Source: an uncultured delta proteobacterium
Lineage (GTDB): Bacteria > Myxococcota_A > UBA9160 > SZUA-336
DNA length: 64,000 bases
Direction of reading: 5' to 3'
Assembly (NCBI GenBank): GCA_963704165.1
Contig: CAVPHD010000005.1
Span: 1 to 64,000 of the forward strand
The position numbers were made by a program, and so were the translations under genes. Below, in pieces: positions 19,566 to 27,770 of the stretch. A model generated the notes under the pieces. That model was not told the origin of the DNA and made no database searches. It saw only the letters and a program-made list of their open reading frames with translations. The stretch's first letter is position 1. Each line of letters opens with the position of its first letter.

Positions 19566-22181
19566 TCAGCCTCCGTCCGGTGGCGCGATGACCGGGCGCC
19601 GCGTCTTCTGGTTTCCGTAGCGGAGCCAGGTCACGAACCTGCGCCCGTGGATGAACATGTAGAAGATCGAGTCGTTCCGGTGGATCGCGAGCCGCGTGCG
19701 GAATCGCAGCGAGGCGAAGCGCTCGGGGATCTGCGGCTCGTCGGCCAGGAAGCGAACGAGCTTGGTCGCGATGTCTCTCGAGTAGGGAGGCTCGAAGAAG
19801 TGTCCGTGCTCGCCGTTCACCCATTCCAGGACTGGCACGCGCGCGAACTGCTTCTCCCAGCCGGTCACGCCCCGTTCCAGAATCGGCTCGTAGACCTTGA
19901 AGTCGCTGTGCTTCCCGTACATCAACATGAGCTTGCCCGAGTACTCGAAGAGTTCCGGGTGGAAGTGCTCGAGGTAGCAGACGTGCTCGATCGGTTTGCC
20001 CGCGGCGAGGAAGATCCTCTTGATCCGATGCGCGACGGCTGCGCCGTGGCAGTTGCCGCCGAGCGAAAAATCGGCATTCGGAAACAGCTCGAGCAGCGCT
20101 TCGGCATAGTGGACGCCGGTCTTCTCGATCGTGTCCTCGGTATTCGGAAGCTCGCCGCTGCCGGAATACAGTCCGAGCAGTGGTTGCTCCGGATCGAGAT
20201 GCTGGAGCAATCCGGGCATCTCCGTCTGCGGCCGGTTGAAGCACCAGACGAGCGGTGTCCGCGAACCACTCGGGTTCGCCACCATGATCGTCGACCCGGG
20301 ACGCAGAGCCGGAATCACTCCCGTTCCCATCACGGCGGCCAGGCGCCTGACTTGTGACTCCGAGAGTGACTTCGACGAGCCGCTGCCCGGAACCCAGTTC
20401 GACCGCGAAACCGGATCTGCGTCGGGGCCGAGCAGCTCCGCCATCTGACGGACGGAGACGTGATCCACCAGCGCGTTCGCCGGCAATTGAACTCCGAAGG
20501 AATCCTCGACCGAGGCCAGGAGCCGGACGCCCGATAGCGAGTTGCCGCCAAGCGCGAAGAAATTGTCGTCGAGACGGACCTGTGGAAGTCCGAGCTCCGC
20601 CGCCCAGATCTGCGAGAGCTTCCGCTCGATCTCGGTCGTGGCGCCCTCGGCGGCCTTGGGCTCGTCTAGAGCGCTGGCCAGCGTCGCGAGCGTCAGCCGG
20701 TTCACCTTGCCGATCGGATCCCGCGGCATCGCATCGAGGATCAGGACGCGCTGCGGAACCTTGAAATCGGCGAGCTTCTGCGAGACGAAGGAGCGGACCT
20801 CGCTCTGCGTCAAGGCTCCCGGCGTTCGCAGAACGATCGCGGCGGCGACGTCCTCGCCGAGGGTGCGATGCTTGATGGCGAACGAGGCGGCCTGCGCGAT
20901 GGCCGGGTGCGAGAGCAGCACGTCGTCGATCTCCTGGAGCGTGATCTTCTCGCCCCCGCGGTTGATCATCTCCTTCAGGCGGCCCTTGAGAAACAGGTAG
21001 CCGTCCTCGTCGAGATACCCGGTGTCGCCGGTGTGGAACCAGCCGCCGCGGAAGGAGATGGCGTTGGCTTCGGGCGCGTCCTCGTAGCCCGCGACGACGT
21101 TCTCGCCGCGAATCGAGATCTCGCCGGTCTCGCCCGTGGGAAGAACGGTCCCATCCGGCGCCGTGATCCGGATCTCGGGGCCGCACGAGGGGCCGACGGA
21201 GCCCGGTTTGCGCTTCGCCGGGGGAAGCAGGTTCGTCGTGATCAGGGGCCCGGCCTCCGTCATCCCGAAGGTCTGGATCACCGGCACGTTGAACAGGTTC
21301 TCGAGCTCCTCCATCAGCTGGGGAGAGAGCGCCGCGGCGACCGCGCGGATGAATCGAAGCGGGGCCGCGCTGGTGTTGACGAAGTTCTTCTTCGCGAAGA
21401 CCGAGAGCTCGTTCAGCGTCGTCGGTACGCCCTGGAACCAGGTCGGCTGCTTCGATTCGAGCAGCTTGTAGAACAGCGAAGCGTCGAACCCACCCGCGCA
21501 GATCACCCGGCCGCCGCTCGCGAGGGGAACGAGAAGAAGATCGACGAGACCCCCGACGTGGAACTGCTCCCACATGCACAAGCAGCGGTCCTCGGGGGAG
21601 AGCGCCAACGTCCGGCAGATGTCCGCGGCCGACACGCAGATGTTTCGGTGCGTGAGCGGAACCTTCTTCGAACGTCCCGTCGATCCGGACGTCAAGAGGA
21701 TCAGCGCGACGTCACCGGACTGCGCGAGGTCGGATCCTCCGGCGCTCCGTTCTCCGGCCGGGAGCTGCATCGCCCCGTCCGACGAGAGCTCGAGGATCGG
21801 AATCCCCTTCTCGGCTGCGACCGCCCGCGCTTCGCTCTCGAAGCCTCTGCGCGTCAGCAGGACGTCCACCTTGATTTCGTCGAAGTAGGACCGGAACTCG
21901 TCCCGGCGATAGATCGGATTCAGCGGAACGGCGGTCGCGACGCACGTCACGCCGAGCAGCGTGACGGCCATCTCGACGCCATTGGGAAGCACGATCGCGA
22001 CGCGTGAGCTGCGCCCGACGCCCGAGGCATGGAGCGACACGATCAGGTGTCGGACGTGCTCGAGAAGCTGCGAATGCGTGAGCCGCAGGTCGTGGGGATC
22101 CTCGAGGGCGATCGCGTCCGGACGCTCCGCGGCGTGGACGGACAGGATCTCGAACACGTTCTCGTAGACGCGCGAACTCAT
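19566..22181 (-). CDS. stand-alone NRPS-like protein: acyl-AMP ligase (oxalate-CoA-ligase-like) + carrier domain + thioesterase
   Basis: LTSGSTGRSK, FGMTEA, WFHTGDTG, GRLKEMINRGGEK, PIGKV; carrier motif DNFFALGGNSL; TE-like GGNCHG and GEHG. Confidence 0.88.
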   Translation of the reverse strand: MSSRVYENVFEILSVHAAERPDAIALEDPHDLRLTHSQLLEHVRHLIVSLHASGVGRSSRVAIVLPNGVEMAVTLLGVTCVATAVPLNPIYRRDEFRSYFDEIKVDVLLTRRGFESEARAVAAEKGIPILELSSDGAMQLPAGERSAGGSDLAQSGDVALILLTSGSTGRSKKVPLTHRNICVSAADICRTLALSPEDRCLCMWEQFHVGGLVDLLLVPLASGGRVICAGGFDASLFYKLLESKQPTWFQGVPTTLNELSVFAKKNFVNTSAAPLRFIRAVAAALSPQLMEELENLFNVPVIQTFGMTEAGPLITTNLLPPAKRKPGSVGPSCGPEIRITAPDGTVLPTGETGEISIRGENVVAGYEDAPEANAISFRGGWFHTGDTGYLDEDGYLFLKGRLKEMINRGGEKITLQEIDDVLLSHPAIAQAASFAIKHRTLGEDVAAAIVLRTPGALTQSEVRSFVSQKLADFKVPQRVLILDAMPRDPIGKVNRLTLATLASALDEPKAAEGATTEIERKLSQIWAAELGLPQVRLDDNFFALGGNSLSGVRLLASVEDSFGVQLPANALVDHVSVRQMAELLGPDADPVSRSNWVPGSGSSKSLSESQVRRLAAVMGTGVIPALRPGSTIMVANPSGSRTPLVWCFNRPQTEMPGLLQHLDPEQPLLGLYSGSGELPNTEDTIEKTGVHYAEALLELFPNADFSLGGNCHGAAVAHRIKRIFLAAGKPIEHVCYLEHFHPELFEYSGKLMLMYGKHSDFKVYEPILERGVTGWEKQFARVPVLEWVNGEHGHFFEPPYSRDIATKLVRFLADEPQIPERFASLRFRTRLAIHRNDSIFYMFIHGRRFVTWLRYGNQKTRRPVIAPPDGG

Positions 22182-22223
22182 GCGGCCGCGATTCGCCGCT
22201 CACGCATTTCAATCATCTGTGAC

Positions 22224-22232
22224 ATTGTACCA
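22224..22232 (-). promoter_or_regulatory. extended -10 promoter element for the A-T-TE/amidohydrolase pair
   Basis: TGGTACAAT (TGn + TACAAT) on the minus strand in an AT-richer gap about 43 nt upstream of the ATG. Confidence 0.5.
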
Positions 22233-22254
22233 CTGCGGTGGCGTCGGTGAAGCC

Positions 22255-23100
22255 TCAGAGCGCGACTCCGAGCTGGCGGAGCAGGTGTTCACGGACCGCG
22301 CCCTCGAGCGATTCGGGCCACGCCAGGCCGAGCTTCGAGGCGATCGGCCGGCCGTGCGCGATCAGCGCGCGTGCGGCCTCGAGGTGCGCCGCGATCAGCG
22401 TCTCGCGTGTCGCGGCGGGCCAGGGTAGGGATTCGAGCACCGCGTACTGATCGGGTCGCAGCTTGTCTCGAAAGTGCTTCACGCCGGTGGTCGGGAGTGG
22501 CGCGTTCGCCTCGAGGAAGAGTTCTGCGATCCGCCGGCGAAAATGCCCGTAGCCCTCCTGCGCGAGCAGAAGCTCTCCTCGCCCGAGCACCGCGGGCAGG
22601 AGAGCCAGGTAGCGAAACGGCTCCTCGATCGCGGTCTCGAGCCGGGCGCGATCGGGTCCGGGCGCGGGGCCGGGAAGGGGCACCTGCGCGTCGAGGTCGT
22701 CGCGATCGAAGACGATTGCACGAGCCGTGAACCGGCTCGTGCGCAAACCGCTCACGCGCTCGACGACGACGTCGAGACGTTCGCACGCGGGCGTCAGCGA
22801 GTAGATGCTCCCTCGCAGGAACGGGATCTCGCGCGCGAGGACGGTCGGGGTGATGTCCTCGAGCCAGCTTCGCCAGGACGATGCGAATGCATCGAACTCC
22901 GAATCGGGAACGGCGACGAGCAGGTCGAGATCCGAGTGCGAGTCCGCGTCGCCGCGCGCGAGCGAGCCCGAGACCCAGAGCGCGCGCACGCGCGGATCCG
23001 CCGCGAACACCGAGGCCGCCCGATCGAAGAGCGCCGAGTACCCCGGCGGCAGCACGGCGAGTGCGGGCGGGCGGCGGATCAGCTCCGATCGGTCGGTCAC
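22255..23100 (-). CDS. nucleotidyltransferase-domain protein (Pol beta superfamily; aminoglycoside/lincosamide adenylyltransferase-like)
   Basis: WVSGSLARGDADSHSDLDL motif (GS...D.D), later RLDVVV, helical C-terminal domain. Confidence 0.8.
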   Translation of the reverse strand: MTDRSELIRRPPALAVLPPGYSALFDRAASVFAADPRVRALWVSGSLARGDADSHSDLDLLVAVPDSEFDAFASSWRSWLEDITPTVLAREIPFLRGSIYSLTPACERLDVVVERVSGLRTSRFTARAIVFDRDDLDAQVPLPGPAPGPDRARLETAIEEPFRYLALLPAVLGRGELLLAQEGYGHFRRRIAELFLEANAPLPTTGVKHFRDKLRPDQYAVLESLPWPAATRETLIAAHLEAARALIAHGRPIASKLGLAWPESLEGAVREHLLRQLGVAL

Positions 23101-23147
23101 CTCGCGCTCCCTTTGCGACCGGCGCGCGCCGCTCCGAGATCGTCGGT

Positions 23148-24308
23148 CTACTCGGTCGGCATGCCCGGCATGTCGATCAGATCGTAATAGCGCTCACCCG
23201 CCTCGGCCGTCTTCTGCACCGCGGTCCAGAACTCCGGCGTCGCGGCGAAGTTGCCGATCGCGGCGTCGTCGGCGAGCGCGATCTTCTGGCGTCGAAAGGC
23301 CCAGTTCTCGGGTTGAGCGGAGACCGCCGCTTCGAACCAGCGCTTCGACGCGTCGCGCTCGCCGTTTCGCCAGAGCCACGCGCCGATCGCGAAGCAGGCG
23401 TGGCCGCGCGCGGCTTGCTCGCCCGGTCCCTGCGCACGTCTCTCCACTTCCGCGGGCGAGAGCGCGAAGCGGCTCTTCGCGCCGTGTTTCACCCAGTCGC
23501 GGACGGCGTCGAAGTAGGTCGCGCGAACCGCGGCCGCGCGCTTCGTGATCTCGTCCGGAATCGCAAACGTCGCGAGGTCGATGTGCTTCACGACGTCGTA
23601 GCTGCCCGCGGGTTCGGGCGGACGCACGACCTTCCCGTTCTCGTCGATCCACACCGCCATCGGCACGTTCGTGATCCCGTAGAGCTGCGCGACGACGTGC
23701 TGCTCGTCGCGAAGCAGCGGATAGGTCGCGCGTTCGAGCACGAGGTCCGCCGGCAGATTCCGGGCCAGTGGTCCCGCCTCGGCCGAACGCGCGAAGCGGC
23801 CCGCCGCTCGCTCACCCGCGGTGTCCAGGCTCACGCCGAGAATCACGAAGCCGTGTCCCGAGAGCTCCTCGAAGATTCCCTGCCAAACTGGCAGGTCGTG
23901 GCGGCAGCCTCACCAGGAGGCCCAGGTCATGATCAGCACCCTCTTGCCGCGGTACTGGGACAGCGAGTGCTGCACGCCGTCGAAGTCGGGCAGCGAGAAG
24001 TCCGGCGCGACGCCGCCCGCGAGGCGCGAGCCGGTCTCGGGCCCGACCGAGATCACACCGTGTGCGTCGTCGCGCACGACCGGACGGTGGAGCAGCGCCG
24101 CGAGCGCCTCCACGTTCACGCGCGAGCCATCGACGACGCGCGCCTTTCCGCCCGGAGGGATCGGCACGCAGAGTTCGCCTCGGCACAGACCCTGGGGTTC
24201 GACGTGATAACCCGTTGCGGCATCGAGCGCGCCGGCATCGAGCCAGATCGAGCCAACAGCGGCCGAGTCGAGCTTCGTCTCGCGCCCGTCGTAGAGAAGT
24301 GTAGGCAT
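23148..24308 (-). CDS. selenocysteine-containing thioredoxin-fold redoxin (WASW-U-GC motif), 386 aa
   Basis: ORFs 23910..24308 and 23148..23846 are in frame, separated only by TGA 23910-23912 at the active site: APDFSLPD...VLIMTWASW-U-GCRHDLPVWQ...FVILGVSLD...YGITNVP. Confidence 0.9.
23879..23895 (-). promoter_or_regulatory. bacterial SECIS element
   Basis: CCTGCCA-GTT-TGGCAGG, a perfect 7-bp stem whose G-starting loop begins 21 nt after the UGA. Confidence 0.75.
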
Positions 24309-24332
24309 CGGAATCCCCTCGGCTCGCCCCGG

Positions 24333-25065
24333 TCAGCTCTTCTCCAGGACGTAGGTCAGGTTGTTGTGCCTCCAGGGTAGCCGGCCGAGCGAGAGCGCGC
24401 TGATCACGATCGTCACGAGCCGGATCAATCGCGCTCGCGTCCTGGTTTCGATCACGTACGTCCCCAGCCCGCGCTCCTCTCGGATCACCAGCTGGTGCTT
24501 CGCGCAGAAATCGCGGATGCCGTCGCGGCTGACGACCCGATCGTAGTGGGTCGGATATGGACCGAATCCCGGCTTCCCCGCGTTCTTCCGCCTCAACACG
24601 AATCGGTGGTAGAAGACGTGGAACCAGAACGGTGTCAGGTTCGTGACGAAGCCGAAGACCGTGTTGCGGTCTGGAAGCTTCAAGAGAACGAGTCCGCCCG
24701 GTTTGAGCCACCGGGAGAAGTTCTCGAGAACACGCTCGGCATTCTCGATGTGCTCGAGAACGAACGAGTTGTAGATGACGTCGAACGTGCGGTTGCCGAG
24801 GTCGAGATCGCGCAGGTCGCCGACGATCGCCTCGTCGAGATCCTTCGAGACGTCGACGCGGTAGCGGAGCGCGTCCTCGTCGAGATCGACCCCGGTGAGC
24901 TTGTGCCGGATCTGTCCGAGATCGAGTGGCCAGTGCTGCCCGCAGCCGGCCTCGAGGATCTCGAGCTCCGACCTCGTCTCCGCGAGTCCGCGGACGTATC
25001 GCTCCAGAGAGCTCGTCCTCTTCGCGGTAGGAGCGCAGCAGCTCGAGCATGGGCAGCGCGGTCAT
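24333..25065 (-). pseudogene. class I SAM-dependent methyltransferase with one frameshift near the 5' end (real or sequencing error)
   Basis: MTALPMLELLRSYREEDEL, one extra base at about 25008 (CTCTCT), then LERYVRG...ILEAGCG...TGVDLD...FDVIYNSFVLEHI...WLKPGG, continuous with ORF 24333..24683. Confidence 0.75.
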
Positions 25066-25073
25066 TCCCGATT

Positions 25074-25285
25074 CTACTCCGTTCCGGGCCAGGCTTCGGC
25101 GTCTTCTCGATCGATGAAGGCGCGAAACTGGCGGCCCTGTCTCGCTTCGGCGATGAAGGCCTCGAACTTTTCCCCGCGGCGCGGGTCGGAGCCGATCACC
25201 GCGTCGATCAGCACGTCTCTCGATCCGTCGGTTCCGCGCACCGCACCACGCGAACCCCGTCCCGCTCGACCGCCGAGCACATCAT
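25074..25285 (-). pseudogene. DUF4180-like gene remnant with internal deletion and frameshift
   Basis: MMCSAVERDGVRVVRCAEP in one frame, then DVLID-AVIGSDPRRGEKFEAFIAEARQGRQFRAFIDREDAEAW in another; both ends resemble DUF4180 but the central FFDL...AGE.LQK..NY core is absent. Confidence 0.5.
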
Positions 25286-25301
25286 CGCCGCGTGAATACG
25301 G

Positions 25302-25955
25302 TCAGCGCGCGGCCGCCGCAAGGGCGGGACGGCTCGTGCAGCGCGCGAGCCAGGCATCGAGGTGCGGAAACGCGGCGAATCGGATCAGCGCGAGCCGGGC
25401 CGTCACCAGCACCGAGGCGACATTCAGATCCGTCACGCCGAAGTCGTTCCCGAGCAGGTACTCGCGCCCCGCGAGCGCGTCGTCGAGCACGCGGAAGGGG
25501 AGCTGCAACGCGGCGGTCGCGGCCTTCGGATCCGGCGGGACGTGAACGGGATGGGTTCTCTCGTACTCCGCGCTCTGGGTCCACTCCCGCCACGTCTCGA
25601 ACTGCTTGCCGCCGCGAGCGAGGAGCACGGCAAACGTGTGCGCCTCGCACTCGGTCATCACCCAGAACGACCACTGCACGGCGCGCGCGCGATCCTCGAG
25701 CGTGGTCGGCCAGAGTCCGTCCGCGCCGTACCGCTCGGCCAGGTAGAGATTGATCGCCATCGACTCGAAGAGCCGCAGCTCGCCATCGACGAGCGCCGGC
25801 ACGTGGCCGTTCGGGTTGATGCGCAGGAACTCGGGTGCGCGCGTGTCTCCGCTCGCGAAGTCGGTCTTCACGTGGGCGTACGGAACGCCGAGCTCCTCGA
25901 GCATCCACAGGACGCGAAACGCGCGTGTGTTGGCGGTACCGTAGACCGTGATCAT
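25302..25955 (-). CDS. glutathione S-transferase
   Basis: TRAFRVLWMLEELG, INPNGHVPAL, LFESMAINLYLA, YLLGNDFGVTDL; GGAGG upstream of ATG 25955. Confidence 0.93.
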   Translation of the reverse strand: MITVYGTANTRAFRVLWMLEELGVPYAHVKTDFASGDTRAPEFLRINPNGHVPALVDGELRLFESMAINLYLAERYGADGLWPTTLEDRARAVQWSFWVMTECEAHTFAVLLARGGKQFETWREWTQSAEYERTHPVHVPPDPKAATAALQLPFRVLDDALAGREYLLGNDFGVTDLNVASVLVTARLALIRFAAFPHLDAWLARCTSRPALAAAAR

Positions 25956-25990
25956 CGCGCTGCGACCTCCCTCATTCGAGGCCAGGGATT

Positions 25991-26150
25991 CTAGAGCAGC
26001 TCGCGTCCCTTCCACGAAAAATCCAAGAAGCAGTTCGCGGCACGCTCGGCGCGACAGCGCGTGTGCCGGACCTTCACGTCCGCGAAGCCCATCAGCGTCA
26101 TCCGCTCGGCCTGATCGCCGGTGAACGTTTCGCAGAGCTCGAACGCGGCG
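25991..26150 (-). pseudogene. orphan C-terminal fragment (V4R/DUF2378-like end)
   Basis: LCETFTGDQAERMTLMGFADVKVRHTRCRAERAANCFLDFSW-KGRELL-stop with no room for an N-terminus after the qor stop. Confidence 0.35.
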
Positions 26151-26151
26151 C

Positions 26152-27132
26152 TCAGATCTCGAGCAGGAGCTTCCCGGTCGTCGCGCGACTCTCGAGCGCG
26201 CGGTGGGCGTCGTCGGCGCGCTCGAGCGGAAAGCGGCCGCCGATCCGGATCCGCAGCGCACCGCTGCGCACGGCGTCGAGCACGGCAGTGGCGCGGAGCA
26301 CGAGCTCGTCGCGCGTGGCGGTGTAGTGCGCGAGCGACGGGCGGGTCACGAAGAGCGATCCCAGGTCGTTCAGCTTGCGCAGGTCGAAGTTCTCGACCGG
26401 GCCGCTCGACTGGCCGAAGAGCACGCACAGTCCACGCGGGCGAAGACAGGCGAGGCTCTGCTCGAACGTCGTCCGGCCGACCGAGTCGTAGACGACGTCG
26501 GCGCCGCGGCCGCCGGTCAGGCTCCGCACTTCGGGCGCGAAGTCGATCTGGTCGTAGCGGATCACGTGCTCCGCGCCCGCATCGCGCACCAGCGCGGCCT
26601 TGGCATCGGACGAACACGTCCCGATCACGCGTGCCCCGGCGCCCGCGAGCGTCTGCACGAGCAATAGACCCGCTCCGCCCGCGGCTGCGTGAACGAGCGC
26701 GACGTCACCCGGACGCGTCTCGCGCGTGCTGTACACCAGGTAGTGTGCCGTCATGCCCTGGAGCATCGATGCGGCCGCGGTCTCGAGCGCGACGCCGTCG
26801 GGCACGCGCACCAGCCGCTGCGCGGGCGCGCAGACGTGCTCCGCGTACGAATCGGGAATGCCCGACCAGGCGACCGGATCGCCTGGCGCGAGATCGCTCA
26901 CACCGGGTCCGAGCGCCTCCACGCGGCCCGCGCCTTCGAGTCCCGCGACGAACGGCACGGGCCGCGGATACACCCCGGTGCGGAAGTACACGTCGATGTA
27001 GTTCACGCCGGCGGCCGCGACCCGGACCCGGACCTGACCCGGTCCCGGTTCGGGAATATCGCGATGCTCGAGCTTCAGCGCCTCGGGGCCGCCGGTGGCG
27101 GAGACGACGATCGCGCGCGACCGAGTGCCCAA
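26152..27132 (-). CDS. qor: NADPH:quinone oxidoreductase (zeta-crystallin/MDR family)
   Basis: GGPEAL, AAGVNYIDVYFRTG, MLQGMTAHYL, VHAAAGGAG, VVYDSVG, GSLFVTRP, RATTGKLLL. Confidence 0.93.
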   Translation of the reverse strand: MGTRSRAIVVSATGGPEALKLEHRDIPEPGPGQVRVRVAAAGVNYIDVYFRTGVYPRPVPFVAGLEGAGRVEALGPGVSDLAPGDPVAWSGIPDSYAEHVCAPAQRLVRVPDGVALETAAASMLQGMTAHYLVYSTRETRPGDVALVHAAAGGAGLLLVQTLAGAGARVIGTCSSDAKAALVRDAGAEHVIRYDQIDFAPEVRSLTGGRGADVVYDSVGRTTFEQSLACLRPRGLCVLFGQSSGPVENFDLRKLNDLGSLFVTRPSLAHYTATRDELVLRATAVLDAVRSGALRIRIGGRFPLERADDAHRALESRATTGKLLLEI

Positions 27133-27143
27133 CGAGAACCCGC

Positions 27144-27548
27144 TCAGGTTAGAAGTCGACTGATCCAGATCGCGACGATCGCGAGCTGGGCGAGAAAGAG
27201 CGTCGCGCGCGCGAGAACCATCGGCGGCGCGGTCGATGCGACGTGCACGAGCGACTGCCCGAGGCGCGCGTAGAGCAGAGGCATCGCGAGTCCGTCCGTG
27301 ACGTCGGCCCGGCCGATCACCGCCGCCGAAAGGATCACGGCGCCGGCGACGGGGAGGAACTCGACGCAGTTCAAGTGCGCGCGGGTCAGTCGCTGCCCGA
27401 ATCCTTCAATGTCGGTTCCGTCGGGAAGAAACGAGTTGACGGCCTTTCCGGTGCGCGCCGTCGTGAGAACGCGAAACCCGGCGAGCGAGAACACGAGCAG
27501 CATCGTCCAGGCGGCGAAGCTGCAGAGAGCGACGAGAGATGGCGACAT
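27144..27548 (-). CDS. MAPEG family membrane protein
   Basis: 134 aa, four hydrophobic segments, RLTRAHLNCVE.LP, ARLGQSLVH; GGAGG upstream. Confidence 0.88.
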   Translation of the reverse strand: MSPSLVALCSFAAWTMLLVFSLAGFRVLTTARTGKAVNSFLPDGTDIEGFGQRLTRAHLNCVEFLPVAGAVILSAAVIGRADVTDGLAMPLLYARLGQSLVHVASTAPPMVLARATLFLAQLAIVAIWISRLLT

Positions 27549-27708
27549 TCCTCGATCCTCCTGCGCGCGAGTCTACTCGCGGGCACGCGCGATGGGGGAG
27601 GGAATGCCGGCCGTCACGCCTGTTGTGCGGCGCGTCCCCGCAGAGAGACCGCTGCCCTTCGCGCTCACGCGGTCCGCGCTGATCGACTCACCGAGGAAGC
27701 GTTCTAAC

Positions 27709-27738
27709 TTGGCGTCTTTCCAAGGTATTTGGTACGTT
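27709..27738 (+). promoter_or_regulatory. candidate sigma70 promoter for the DAACS-aminomutase unit
   Basis: TTGGCG, 18 nt, TACGTT preceded by TG(G). Confidence 0.35.
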
Positions 27739-27770
27739 CGACGCCCCTTCCCAGCGGAGACTCCGATCGC

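Noticed and set aside
23148..24308. Two separate genes or a nonsense pseudogene at the redoxin locus
   Set aside because: The TGA sits at the catalytic position with a SECIS-like hairpin; Sec recoding explains it better.
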